Source: Balanoglossus misakiensis | Lineage: Eukaryota > Animalia > Hemichordata | Assembly (NCBI GenBank): GCA_040954595.2 | Contig: CM082589.2 | Coordinates: 7,251,186-7,315,185, forward strand | DNA length: 64,000 nt | Direction: 5' to 3' | Shown: positions 27,701 through 42,300 of the stretch, in pieces | Numbering within the stretch: position 1 is the stretch's first letter | Layout of the letters: each line of letters begins with the position of its first letter | Translations under genes and position numbers: made by a program | The notes under the pieces: generated by a model | Told to the model about the DNA's origin: nothing | Database searches by the model: none | The model's input: only the letters and a program-made list of their open reading frames with translations

Positions 27701-30700
27701 AAGTGATTACTAGTTCTGTTCATGTGTGGTAGAGATGACAAATGTTCCAGGACATCGTAGCCATATTTTGTCCGCTTTGCTTCTAAAACTAATACGGCGA
27801 GGTACTAGACTAAGGACATGCATACCTTGCATTCCTTCATGCACAATGCAGTTTTGAAACATGTTACTGTGTGTGTAATTTGACAGGTTCACAGTCTGAT
27901 ACCCTGGAAGACGGATGGACCCGAGCTGGACGCTATCTTGTCCATCTCGGCAAACAACGTGAAAGTCTTGAGGAGAGATGGAGAGGTGAGCCACAGGTCA
28001 TTTCTATACTTTTGCAAATATAACAATGGTGTAATACTGTAAAACACTTTATTTTCCCAATCAATAAATTTTCGCGAAATACGCGAGAGCCAAAATAGCA
28101 TGAAAATAAAAAGTCGTATAATTTTTTTGTGAAGATAACGATGCAGTGAATGAAATAAGAGAACGCAAAAATTAATACTCACGAAACAGTGGCCTCTCTC
28201 GATATTGCGAAAATTTCAACTCGCGAAAATAAAGTGTTTTACAGTATGCTGTGCTTTGTATGGAAGGCAGTTTTGCCAGGGTTCCCCAGTCAAGTCATCA
28301 AAGTTCCCAGATAGTTTATCAATGTTCCCCAAGATAAGGGATTAAGTACAAGGTACATTGAAGTCATCTGAAACTGAAATAAGCTAGTGTTAATCCCAAA
28401 CCCTTCCACCCCCATTTCACTGCATATGGGTTCAACCATCCCATTGAAAGCAATCGGGGCCGTACCAAAACTTGTCAGCTAGAGGGTAACTCTCGTATAT
28501 TTCCACCTACAGGAGTTACTCTACCGAGCGTCGATTCACGAAATAGCCTCTCTGAGCTACGTCAGGGATGACGGACAGCACCTCATCGGATGCAAAGTGG
28601 CGTCCAAGGAAAATGTTAACGACCTCAAACTCATCGTGTTCCAGTGCCACAGCAAGGCAGCTGCCGAGGAGGTCTGTTCATTACTCCGGCAGACGTTCGA
28701 ACTCGTGTACACAGAGCTGACCATGAGTTTTCTCGATTACAGTATTCATCAAGGTGCTGCCAGATTTCACTCACTCAGAAGTTGTAAGTGTAATATTTGT
28801 CATCATACAGCCTTTGTACCTTGAAACTCTGGTGACCTATGACCTCATTTGGATGTTTACTTCCTGGCCGAGTACAAAGGGCTTTGATAAATTATGAGAA
28901 AAAAAAAATGCCGTTGTTAAAGTTATGCACACATTACACCTTTTTCATTTCAGATGCCAGTCTAGCTAGCAGGCCAGGTCTAGATGACTGGATAGGATTG
29001 CCACCACGGTAAGTTTACAAGTATTTGCACGATTGAAAATTCTCTAACTATCCTGATATGTCCAACTTTGTTAGTTAAACTTCAGTCATTTCAGATAACC
29101 AATTTTATTGCCAAGACTTCCAAATAGTTTCATCCCTCTCCCTCAAGCCTTGTGTGTTGTAGAGTCAACCCCTGACAAGATTGTTTGTTGTGATGGTGTA
29201 AATCACTAAATGTACAACAGCACTTAAGAATGAGAGATTACTTGTTAACTTTCAGCAATCGGCCGGGACATGAAAGACGGCCGAGTGAAGGGGACCTTAG
29301 CATCTCTGCCAAACAGATGTTACAAGAATACATTGAATTGGTGAGTGCAGAATACACTGACTCTATGCAGTTTCCACAAAGCAAAATACACAAATAACAT
29401 AAGTGGCCATGGATAATAAAACCGCACATGACAAATGAAAGAAACTGTGATTTACCTTGATTACATGACATGTAACAACCACCATTGATGGATAGACAGA
29501 TAATAATGTAAATCCACAATAACAGTTGTCAGTTATATGAAAGGATGGGACAATAGCACCAAAACAATGGATTCATCAAAACAATGGATTTGGGCATCTA
29601 CTTCTGTAATATTTTAATGATAAAGAAATACAACTTAAGGATGTGTGTTCAGTAAAATTGAAAGCATTATCATTTTTTTAATTGTGGATTTTTGGATTCT
29701 CCTTTGTATGTATAATAAAAATCCGTAATAAAATATAGGGGTCACAGCGCTTGTTTTTGAAATACAGAGCCATGAATTTAGTCGATAATAGAAGAAACTG
29801 CTGACTCAGCATTTTTCACCAATGGTTTGTCTATGGGCAAAGTTTTGAACGCAATTTATCTCAAAAAAGAGCTCGGTGACCCCAATATTTTATTTGACCA
29901 GTGAATTTATATTTACTGGACTGAGCTTTGTGTGAAATTTCGTGAAAATGACAAAAGTAGAAGTTTGTTTTCTAGCGATTATCAATGTAATCCTATGGGA
30001 AAAAGACGGGTGCGCGCAGTTTTCCGGTTTATGTTCTGCGCGAACATCCTTAAAAAGGTTTTTTGTTTTTACATCTGCAGTTGAGAACCAAGCTGACGTC
30101 CGAAGAGCTCCAACGATTTGCGGTCGTTCTGAGAGAGTACAGAGAAGGTATGGCTGTGGAGCAGTTCTGTTCGCGGCTTCAACGTCTGTACGGACAAGAG
30201 AGAGTATACCTCTTCCCAGGTGAGTGACACAAACCACATTTTTCATTATCCGTGTAAACTTTACCGATGAATCATGAGGTTTTCGGAAGTTCCTTGAATG
30301 TTGAAGGGGTCCTTTCAATAGAATTAAACCAGTGAATAATCAGCCTCAAGCTTTTGCGTTTAATGCTTGTCCCAACTTGGAAAATAATTTAGAAATGTCG
30401 CAAGAAACTCTCGGCCTGAAACATGTATCATGGCAAGTGTTATTCTTTGTTGGATTTATGGAAAATGTTAGTTACTTTGGTGAGGGTCTATGTGATTTGT
30501 CGACTATATTTGCTATTTCTGAACTTGCGGCATGTATGTCCTTTGCTCTGTTTTTTTTTTTAGGACTCCTACCTTTCATCCCGGAAAAAGACGGGGACTA
30601 TTTCGACAGTTTCCTTGAACGAATGGGCATCCACGAAGGAAACGGACTAGTTCACAGCTCGGGGCGGCCGTACGCCCGCACAATGAGCGAGACGTCGTCG

Positions 30701-30829
30701 TCCACGCTCGGAGCGGCCGAGAATGGCGTCTACAGCCACTCCATCCCGTCGGAGATCGACGAGTTCGATCGCATGATGAGCGAAATCTGCAACGACATCG
30801 ACAGCCTCGAGAGCAGCATCGACAACTGA
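24764..30829 (+). CDS. CCM2: Cerebral cavernous malformations 2 (malcavernin): PTB + harmonin-homology domain
   Basis: Exons 24764-24802, 26380-26568, 26946-27029, 27887-27985, 28513-28783, 28954-29008, 29256-29340, 30081-30219, 30564-30829 give 408 aa. Motifs YIEKEIK|YLGQI, RTDILRVID, DAILSISANNVK, IHEIASLSYVRDD, AAEEVCSLLRQTFELVYTE, LRTKLTSEELQRFA and GLLPFIPEKD. Confidence 0.95.
26111..26320. mobile_element. MITE family B
   Basis: TACTGTAAAACAC...GTGTTTTACAG. Confidence 0.8.
26717..26870. mobile_element. MITE family A, truncated
   Basis: TTAAAGGGACAAAGTCGCTCTCTCGCTGCCC left end only. Confidence 0.7.
28035..28246. mobile_element. MITE family B
   Basis: TACTGTAAAACAC...GTGTTTTACAGTA. Confidence 0.85.
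29635..30053. mobile_element. MITE family C (~415 bp, TTAA-GGATGT termini; Kolobok-like)
   Basis: TTAAGGATGT...ACATCCTTAA; copies at 38025, 49457 and 61579. Confidence 0.85.
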
Positions 30830-33800
30830 ACAGGGAAGTGAGGTACTCCCTGGAACACTGATTTTCAGCTCCGTTTGCCGCGTTTGGAAAGGATTGTGTG
30901 CAATGAACAATAATGTGTAAAGGGAACCGCAGTGGTCCTATTGCTGGAGTTGAGGAGTCTCAACACTAATATTGCCAAAACTGAGGAGTAAAGATGTGCA
31001 TTTATTTGAATGTAGAGAGTCGGGCTATTAACCATACTGTTGGATCAACGGAGTTGCATTACCTGTACTGTTGGTGGAGAGATTGACATGACCTTATGTT
31101 GTTGGCTCCAGGAAGTCAGGTCAGGTTACCCATACTCGTGGACCTAGGGAGTCACATTGTCCATATACGGTAGTTGGCCCTAGGGAGTCACACGTCCGGT
31201 AGTTTTGAGTCTGGGGAGTCGCAACTTGCTGCACTGCACATGCGATGAACTTCCGAAACTCTCGAAAAAACATTTCCAAGCATCCTTGTTCAGATGTGGA
31301 GTATATACCAAACTTGGATATAGAACTCGCACCAGCGGCAATGGACTCGGTCCGAACGTGGACATTTTTTTAAAAAAAAGCTGCGCAATATAGATTGTTT
31401 GCAGTGGATTCTTGTTGACTTTTTTGCTGTTTTGAGTACCACCAAGCCACAAACTCTTCATAGAAGCTTTTTTGTCATGTTTTTTAAAACACAAAAACCT
31501 GTGTCCAGTTGTGAACAGACAAATAGACGGGCTGCTATCTGGGTACTCAACCCAGTGGGGGCACCCAAAGACATTGTACAAAACAGCCCATTCTGAAGCT
31601 TAGCTGGTCCAGCTCAGACTGTTAAACAGCATTTTGTTTCATATTATTTAAATGTCCAGAAAGTGTGTGATTACTTTTATAACAAGGAGAGTGTGTAAAA
31701 CAGATGCAAAGTACTATTGTGCTGTCCAATTTCCTATTAACTCCTTTTTTTCTGAAATTTAATTATAATAGTGGTTATCTATATTTTGCTGCAGTAAGAA
31801 GTGTTACCAGTGTTGGCAGAGAAATTATCTGCCTTTCAGCTAGATGATATTATATGCCATTAATTATTCTACATGTATGAAAATAACATACAAAATACTT
31901 GGGAACTACTGGTACAATTATTCGTGTTACTCACTCAATTAATCCTGGACAATGTGAAAAATATATGGATAAGTCACTCAGTTTTCAGAGTGATACTTGA
32001 CTCGTATGAACATGACACATTTATGAGAATTTTTGAGTCGCAGCCAAAGATATGTAATAAAGAAATTTTGAGCAAAGAGCTGCAAGTTGCAGTGTTCTCC
32101 CTGGGCCCAGAGGGAAGCAGGATGACTAATTTGCATAATTTATGTAAGCTAATTTACATAATATATTCATTTAATTTGCATAATTAGCGGTTTATTGAAT
32201 ACACCTGAGGAATGCACCTGCTCATTTACTGGGAGAGATGCTCTCTGGACCGGGCAAAGTTAAAATACCTGTATACCTCATTAGCAAGTCACTGTAGTAT
32301 GTTTAAGTCTTTTTTTTTTAGAGTAGCATGTTGTGTGCCGAGTCATGGGGTCAGATGTCAAAGGTCGCATCCCAAAATGCACCAGCTGAATGAAAATTGC
32401 CAGGGACTTGGAAGTTTGTTGGCAAAGTTAAAGTTTGAACCGTATATTGTTGCACAGTTTATTCAGATTTTACAAGAATAATTTGACCGATATTGATGCG
32501 TGCTTCTGCATTGGACCCCAGATGTGAACTTTGACAGGCCATTTCCTCGTACAATAATAACACTATTAACACATCACATCGCCCGTTCCGGTCCGCAACA
32601 CATTACATTTGTATCTGTAACATTTTGTGTGACAATACAAAACTTTCAGTGTCTTTGATTACAAAGAGGGTCATTCATGTGAGAATTTTTTTTTTTTTGG
32701 ACAGTTTCTGAGGCTTGTGTCCATGCGTCTAAATTGTACCCACTATCAAATATCAGCTTTAATACCGTGAACTGATTTTCCACCAAACGAATATTGCAGC
32801 TAGTCAGTGTTTATATGAATTGTTTTGTCTACCAGAGTTCCTTGGTGGGGTCACTTGTTGCCATGGCAATGAACTTTGACCCAATAGACAGAATAGGTAC
32901 AGTTAACTCATATGTTGTATATGGAAATTCATAACTTATTACATGTATATCAGGTAGAGTTTGTGGTGCTTGTAATTTTAAAGGTAAATGAGTGTTTGTG
33001 AATGGAGATTTTAAAGAACGAGTCAAAATGAATCTTTTGTAGAGGTAATCAGTGCACAAGAGTTGAGTTCTTTTTGACAACGAAATGATTTGAATTCTGC
33101 TCCGACTGTTTTGCCAAGTCGGGCAGTCAGGAAATCAGTGACGTAAAAGCATGCACACACACACACAACAGCATCTATGATCAGTGGTTGGTGTTTGATA
33201 TTCACCATTTCTGACGACGAGCGAGGACTTTTTTGCGTTTGAAAGAAAGTCTGACCAGGATGGGAGAGTTTCTAGTGGGTGGCACTGTTCTAGTTGTTGT
33301 GATAGATAATTTAATGTGGTGTATCAGCTAGATCAGACCGGGATTGATATCATCAGTCCATCAATGTAATGTTATCTGCAATAAAATTTAACTTTTATCA
33401 ACTTGAAAATTGCAAGAGGACCAATGGCTTCATTTTTAAGCTCCCATTAAATTTTGGTATATGTATGTATAGCTTATGGGATCAGTTGCCTGGATGTGTG
33501 TGTCTGTCTGTTCACTGCAAAAATTTGAGAATGTATCACCTTGGTATTTTGCTTGTATAATTATACATCTTGGACAATCTGCAGAGTTGAAGTTTCGACC
33601 AGTCCATTGTGGGTACACATAGAACCCACGACAAAAAAATAATTTTCACATCACAAGAATTACTGTGTATTTTATACAAAGTTTATTTCCATAAAACAAC
33701 TATTAATGATCAATAATTAATAAGACTATGAAAATTATACACCCGCTTTTAAAAAACTATCAATATAGTTGAGCTATCACAAAAATCTGTCTATATCATG

Positions 33801-35255
33801 CACTCCTCACAAAAAACATCCACAATATTCAAATTGCAGACATATATCCAAAATAAATAATGACTATTTGACGGCTTTTTTCTCAAATGCCTGAGTGGTC
33901 GTATAAAAATACTTCTATCAGTCACTGGTACAAAGTAGAATTTGCATTTTATTAATATATAAATTTCTGAAAGCAAAGTTAACTTGTGTACTCCAGTACT
34001 TACAGTTCTGCTTATGCCCTGCTGGATTGAGAGGTTAAGGGGATATTTCTAGGTACATAATTTAAGAAAAAAAATTCTGAAATTACCAAGTAATGATGTT
34101 GATTCTGTGTGGCCGAAATTGCCTTCAAAATGTTTCCTTGCATTTATTTCAATGTTACATTGTTATTCTGTAAGAAACATTTCCAATTCAATTTCCAATT
34201 CCCAAACCTTTTCAAGACCTGTATTTCTGTGACGGATATGAGCAGATGAAGTACAGAAAACATGACAATACAAAAAGCCCACTCATAGGCTTAGAAATGC
34301 AGAGCTGCAGTGCAGAGAAAAAAATCATTGAGGTCAAAGGTTAATCAGGAGGGATTCGACAACCTGTTCACATCTAAAGGAGCCTCAGTAATGCAAGATT
34401 CTTCGACACCTCTAGTTGTCACCCAATTGGTTGTTGCCATGGTATTTATATCACTGAAATTTACATAACAAAGGAAAGCTCAGCCAACCAATAGTTGGCC
34501 TCCTATTGTTACAAGAAGTACCCTTATTAGTCAATTCTAATATCAACAGAAGAAACTGAGAAGTATCGACCTTTTTCACCATCAATCAACAGAACTTGAC
34601 AGAATTCGAATAATAGAGTTCAGATTTGTTAAAAATTAAATATACATGTACATACATATACATGACACAGACATGTTACTCAACCTTTGAAAAATATGAT
34701 ACATCAACTAAATTAAGTAACACTTGATTATAAAGAAAGGAACAGAGATAGAAAAGTACCAGATGAAATACAATGTTAAAGATTAGTTGGCAGGAATAAT
34801 TATTAACATGTCTTTTGAATGCAGCTATTATCATACTTGTTCATCGCTCAGTTGTTTTGTTGTGTGGCTGTCAGTTTTTATTTTTTGAATAATTGCTGAG
34901 ATTTTACTGAATGAAATATGCAGCTTCAAGAAAATCTGTTCTAGTATAATTTTATTTCAGCTTTCTACAACACATGCAACATCTGCAGCAGGGGCAACTT
35001 TGACCTTTGACCTCGACCGACACAAATATCACCATTATCTCAATTATACGGGGAACTGGGGAGAAATGACATTTTTGTGATTCTTCGCTTTCATGAGAAT
35101 GTGTATACTGCTTGGAAAAATACATAGTATTGACAAATAACTGAATACACCAACAATACAGGAATTTCCAGAAAGCAAAATTTTCAAAAAATATTGATGA
35201 CACCTTTTTAATTTTAAACTAGTTTTCAAATTCAGACATGAATTAAATCATATAA

Positions 35256-35435
35256 TTAAAGGGACAAAGTCTTTCTCTCGCTACCCTTTTTTCATTTATT
35301 ATATTTGATTCAAGACACGTTTTTGTTATTCTACATGTGGATATAAAGTGAATCAACGTTCCACCACACACAAAGGGTGTCTTGTATCAAACATAAAGGA
35401 AAAATGACAGCGAGAGAGAGACTTTGTCCCTTTAA
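35256..35435. mobile_element. MITE family A, internally deleted
   Basis: TTAAAGGGACAAAG...CTTTGTCCCTTTAA. Confidence 0.8.
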
Positions 35436-36345
35436 ATAAAGTTGTACTGTGTATCAGGGTTAGTAAACCAAAAGGTATATTTTTGGTGGGCCTAAGTTAA
35501 ATCCACACAGTCCAGTATATATTTTCTCGGGGATGTTTTACAATTTTGTCATCTCACTGTAAAGTTATTGCTCTAATAGTAGTGAACAACTCTTTGTAAG
35601 AAAGAAAAAAACAAGTGACATGATCTATCTTGGGTATTTCATGAAACGTCCAAACCATTAAAAATGCTTAAAAATTAAATAAAAAAAATTAACGTGATAC
35701 ACGTCACTGAAATGAAAACATGGAATATTCACAAAAGTTGATTTTAAGGGAAAAGGTCAATATGGTCTGCAAGTACTGCGTTCTTCTTTGGCATCTGGGT
35801 ATAACTGTTAAGAGTCAAAACTTCAGGCAAGAAAAAAATACCTGCAGGACATGTGTTGTGTTCAAGGCTTCTTAAATTTTTTTACTACAAAATAGAGTAT
35901 TGCTTTGCATATAGTCCAACCTGTACCATATAGCGGGTGAGCAGATAGCTGCAAGATGCATTCTCTCGTCTCACCCCTGCGTTTCTTCTGCAAATGGAAC
36001 GTCCCTGCATGTAATGATAATTAGGACGTTCCAATATGCCTTAGAAAGGGGTGGTAACGGCCGAACTCTTAGTCACGCACTTTTGATCTGTTCTTCATGT
36101 AGAAACTCACTTCTCAGTTTCCTTTTCGTGTAAATGTTTCTTGCAAAACTTGACTACCTCATCGTTTCGTCCAAAATACAGCAACAGTCAGCGAGTGCCT
36201 ACATGTTTCTACGCTTCAACATGCAGAGGCTGTAAATCACATCTTTCTCCACGGCTGCTCTCGAAAAACGGCGCAGCGACATGTCTACAAACAACATGGT
36301 CCAAAGGCATGAAAAGACAACCCTGTTGGTCGTGCATCACTCGAG

Positions 36346-39300
36346 TCACAAAGTCCTGTATTTGACTGCCGGGTCGCTCTGCAAGACCTCGATCTCGCAA
36401 ATCGCGTCAAACATCTGTGTCATTTTGCCGCAAATGGTTTCTGCTTGGTCCTGAGAAAAAATGAAATCATCAAATATTTTTGAGTGAGGGCTACAAGATT
36501 GACCGTGGGGACATCAAACCAAAGAAATACAAAATTCACAAGACATCAAACCAAAGAAATACAAAATTCTAGTGAAATCTAAGACGCCTATTTTAGCAGC
36601 ACCAAAAAATGATATTTGTCTCGTACCTGATTATGACACTGAAATACAAGACAATCGTAGATGTCGTCGCCCACTTTTCCGATTTTGACGGCAAGCAGAG
36701 ACCTTTTCTGTTCGTCTTCAAAGTTGACAACCCTAATGATGTCAGACAGAGGGTATCGGTTCCTAACAACCTGTGAAATGAAGAATTTACAGACACATTG
36801 AAAAACCTTTGTAATTATATGCCTAATCCTGAATAAAATGTCGCACACAGACTGCTGCATTCCATTGAAAATAGACAGAAATTAATGATAGCAGAACTTA
36901 ATATACTGTAAAACACTTTATTTTCGCGAGTTGAAATTTTCGCGATATCGAGAGAGGCCACTGTTTCGCGAGTATTAATTTTCGCGTTCTCTTATTTCAT
37001 TCACTGCATCGTTATCTTTAAAAAAAAATTACGCGACTTGTTTTTTCACGCTATTTTGGCTCTCGTGTATTTCGCGAAAAATTTAATGCTCACAAAAATA
37101 AAGTGTTTTACAGTAAATAAATGTAGGTGAGTACTTAGGAATAATTTTATAGCTGTTTTACACACACTGTATGCACTGTAGTGCATCAAATGAAAATACG
37201 GCTTGACTTTTCCGTGAAAGAGCTCACTCATGGATAATTTCCTAATTGTTGCTATATTTGGTCTGATATACAATGTATGTGGATTGAGTGCCAACCTGCA
37301 AATTTATCAATTAATCATCAAAGTGTATGCACCACACCCATCATTACACACTACACTGAACATTACATTCTGGTAGTATGAGTAGGTTATTTATACCCAC
37401 TATTAAAGTCACTGCTGAAAGTGTTTTTTTTTTTTTCAAAAATTTCAACATTACAGCACCAATTTTTTCCAGCATTTATCATGAGTTAAAGAACACCTAC
37501 ATTGCACTACCATTAATCTAAAATGTTCTGTCATCCAAAACCAGGAAAATGTGCATTGTCAAAAATGAACAACTTTTTCTCTTTGAAACAACAAATCCCT
37601 CAAGACAACTACGTTCAAGTAGGCTATTTGTGGATAAGTTAAGCCATATTTTACAAGGAAGTAGCGTTACGCCCAAAAACAGTTAATTCTATCCACGTAC
37701 ATCACGCACGTACCCTGCAGATCGCCGACTGAGCATTGTCATGGTAACGCTACAGTTATATCGAGGACTACACAATTAGTCATTTCGTTTGGGGGCCACA
37801 CCCAGCAATACAATACTCCAAGCATACAAATTTGTAAACGAGTCCAATTTGGTGCGTTGCCATAAACAGCTCTTGTGAGATTGCTGTACAAATTTTGTAC
37901 ATTCACAGAAAGACGTGTACACATGATGTCATCACGCATACACACAGTGACTCACACACACGCACGCACGCACACACAGTAGCTTACATTTTCAAATCTA
38001 GACTCACACAGTCACTTGTTTACTTTAAGGATGTACGTTCAGTAAAACTGAAAGTATTGCCATTATTTTTTAATTGTGGATTTTTGGATTCTCCTTTGTA
38101 TGTATAATGAAAATCCGTAATAAAATATAGGGGTCACAGTGCTTGTTTTTGAAATACAGAGCCATGAATTTGGTCGATAATAGAAGAAATCTGCTGACTC
38201 AGCATTTTTCACCAATGGTTTGTCTATGGGCAAAATTTTTAACGCAATTTATTTCAAAATAGAGCGCAGTGACCCCTATATTTTATTTGACCAATGAATT
38301 TAAATTTACTGAACTGAGCTTTATGTGAAATTTCGGGAAAATGACAATAGTAGAAGTTTGTTTTCTAGCAATTTTCAATGTAATGGGAAAAAGACGGGTG
38401 CGCGCAGTTTTCCGGTTTATGTTCCGCGCGTACATCCTTAACTCACAAGATTGAAGAATTTGATGTTCTCATGAGTACAGTATACAACACAAACAGATAA
38501 ACAAGAACATAACAGCCATAATTGATTATCTTCACACTTCACTTTCAAGAACACTAACAGCTGTACAATGTGTTACTCACTTTTGGCGATGGAGGAAAGA
38601 CTTCTGTAAGCTTCACTCCGTGTTTGGACAGCGTCAGAATCACAAAATCTTCCCCGTTCATCTTCAGCGCTATTTGGCCACTAGTCTGAAAGATTTATCA
38701 AAACACAAATATTTCATTATTTGGAATAATTTATTTGGATATTACACATGACGCAAGTCACAGGCATACATGTACTTGGATGGTACCTGTTACAATCATC
38801 ATCGACCCTTTCACCACCGTGGTTTGACCCAAATCCATTGTATTCTATGGTAAAGGTGGACCTCTTAAAAGGGAACTAGGGGTGAAACGGTTAATACAGT
38901 CCTGCAAAACTAACTGTGATTTTTGTAGGACAGAAAGTTTGGCTTTGCTCCTTTCAGAACAGCACGCGATTCAGAGGTCATGGTGAGAGAATACAGACAA
39001 ACACTGGATACATGACCCTCCAACCGTAGACAGAATACATGTAGACAAATATTAATTAATAAACCTTGATCTGACAACCAAGACCTTTTCGGTGCAACAC
39101 ACCGCCACCCAGAGAGCTTACACCTACTTTGTGTATCGTATGACACGCAATGACACCAACAGTAGTTGTTCATACAAGTATTCATTCTGTGCGATAGCTA
39201 TCAAATAGCAAACATTCAGGAAAGCAATTTCATACGCCAGTTAAAGGGACAAAGTCTCTCTCTCGCTGCCCTTTTTCCATTAATTATGTTTGATACAAGA

Positions 39301-42300
39301 CGCCGTTTATGTTATTCTACATGTGGATATATAGTGAATCAATGTTCGACCACACACAACTTCCATCCCATTTGTACGACATGAGAATAAATGAATAAAT
39401 GGTAAACACCGATTATTCATTTTGGCGAGTTTTTCAATCTCGTGTCTATAAGTTGGATGGATGTTGTGTATGGTTGAACGTTGATTCACTGTATATCCAC
39501 ATCACATGTAGAATAATATAAACAGTGTCTTGACATAATTAATGGAAAAAGGGCAGCGAGAGAGAGACTTTGTCCCTTTAATCCTCCTAGCCAGGCCGGC
39601 AACCGCTGGCCAGAACAGTCCTGGCACTGCGTGGTATATGGAAATGGACGTGAGCTGGGCTTAAAATTCCCCAAACGGATTGATTACCGATTAACGATTT
39701 CCATTCATGTCGGACAATGGCAGAACCACAAAGACGCGAAAAATGCACCAGCAGTGGCAATGAACGATGTAAACACAGAAGCCATAATCTCAGTTCAAGC
39801 ATGTTCTGTATCAGTCAGTTGCACTGATTCTACATTGTAGTGAGATATGCACAAGATTTACATGTCAATACACACAATATTCTACAATGTTTAACTGATT
39901 AATACATGGTTGAATACAGTAATTCATAATTCATCAACACGGGAGATTAACAAACACAAAATTAAACACTAAAAGAAGCTAAATATTATCAAAATGATAT
40001 ATGCATTTTTTTTACACAAAAAGATGGTTTTGTTAGTTTCACTGACACACTGTCATATCATGGCTGCCTTTGATAATGTTGCCATGGCAGCGCTTAGCAA
40101 CACATTATCCCTAGGCACTGTTGAACAATAACCTTCTGACAACAAACATTTCTTGCAGAGTGGCAATTAGGTAAAATACCATGCTGACCCATTGCTAAGG
40201 CTAGCAAATCAGAAAATCTTTGATACATACATTGTACTGTAAAACAATTTATTTTCTTGAGTTGAAATTTTCGCGATAGCGAGGGGGCCACTGTTTCACG
40301 AGTATTAATTTTCGCGTTCTCTTATTTCATTCACTGCATCGTTATCCTCAAAAAAACCTTTACGCGACTTTTTATTTTGGCTCTCGCGTATTTCGCGAAA
40401 ATTTATTGCTCATGAAAATAAAGTGTTTTGCAGTATTAAACTGTGTGCACACGTCAGGGCTGTACACTGGGCACCGAGACGATCCACGACCGCATTCAAA
40501 CTTTTGTCACATGCCACTTTACACTGAAACAGCACAACGTTTCCCCTCTTTGATTTGCACTGAATAAAGCCCAGCCGAGCGTGAAGAATCGATGGGTGTT
40601 TACCTGATTTCAGAGAACCGACCTATGACCCCCACCATTCATCAAGCTTGGGTGTGGTGCCAGTTCAACCGCGTGAATTATATGGTTTTTATTTATTTTT
40701 CCGCCATGATGAAAAAAAAAAACACTGAATAGGTCCAACAATTTCAAATTTTTTTCTACTCCATGTGGATGGTTTGTTTTTTATATAAAAATTGATAAAT
40801 CAGACAAGATAGGTACATGCTTGAGACACTTGAGAATCTGATGCGCGTTGTTTTTTAACATGTATGTGTCAGAATTAACCTCACTGGTGATGTTTATTTA
40901 ACCCTGGTACTGTGTCCAGTTCAGCATTTCCGCCCAACTACGACAACTATTGTGGTTGGCCATAATAGAAGAGGCCCCTGGAAAAATAGAGCGCCTTTCT
41001 GAAAACAGCCGAGGTCTCGTTTTCCGTTGTGATGTCACGCAGCTGCAGACATTTTCCCATTTCTGTGCAAATGACAAACCTACAATGCAATCTACGTAGG
41101 AGCTGAATAGGTCTGCCAGCTCTCTTTGGTATATTGAAAAGACGCAAAATTCACAATAATGATCTTCTTATATTTTTTGCCTCAGAAATTCTGACATGAA
41201 CCAAACAGGCAAATCAGTCATTATCAATTCATATACAGCAATTTTTTTCTTGGCAGTTTCTGAATTAATTAAATAATTGAGTCAAGTTATACAGCTGATA
41301 TTAAATAAAATAAAAATCTTTTTCATATTAATAAGTTTCATATCACAGATGACAATATATATATTTAATTTTTTATGCAGTGAATCATCAGGCAGCCCAT
41401 CACTGCTCAAAAGCATAACATTAATCGAGTTACTGTAGATCGGGGTTCTGTAAATTACATAATGGATTTATTTATGTATAGCTTGACAAATTATACATTT
41501 CAATTTAGCATTGTGTAGATATTTTGATGAAGGAAAAAAATATATAAACAAAGTGGTAAGACTTTCCTCTTTTTGGAAAACCCACTTCAAACTGCATCCC
41601 GCCATTTTCAAATGAATACAAATGTCACGCGTCTCACCTTGGCATGGTCCAGAGTATTTATTAAATCAATATGATCTTCTTGAGAATGGTCAAGCCCTTG
41701 GACATTGTTGAGAATTCCAATGACCTGGACTCGGAAATCTATAGCTGTGTGTAGGATATCTTTGCCAGATACACTAAATGCATCTGAAATACAAACAAAC
41801 AAAAAACAACAGATTATTTACATGTACATGTATGTATTTATCAATCTTTTCCATATATGAAGCAAAATTATGAGAACGCCAGTAACAAAATATTCTGAGG
41901 GGTCAATTTGATTATTTTTTTTACAGCAATCCATACATAATGAAGTTTACCAAATACTAATTGTACACTAAGTCTACAAGCCTAAGCAGATAGACAAAAT
42001 TTTTCAAAACTTCTGGTTTAAATGCAAAACTCTTTCAGACAATCAGATGACTTCTGAAATACCATTTCCCTCTATAATAGCTTTTTCAAGCAGCAAAGTA
42101 GTTATCTTGGGTTACAAAACTAACTGTAAGTCACGATCTGAATACATCCGGACAGTAACAATATACCAGGGTTCTATACTTGGCATTTTGCCAACACGGA
42201 GCAAACATGACTGTATATAATGAGTATTATATCCTGTACTGCTACTACGTATCCTGTACCAATACCAGAAAAAAGACCACACTGAAACTGGTCTTACACA

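Noticed and set aside
36510-36570. Short direct duplications (also 53672-53722 and 31143-31190)
   Set aside because: Ordinary local slippage duplications in non-coding DNA.
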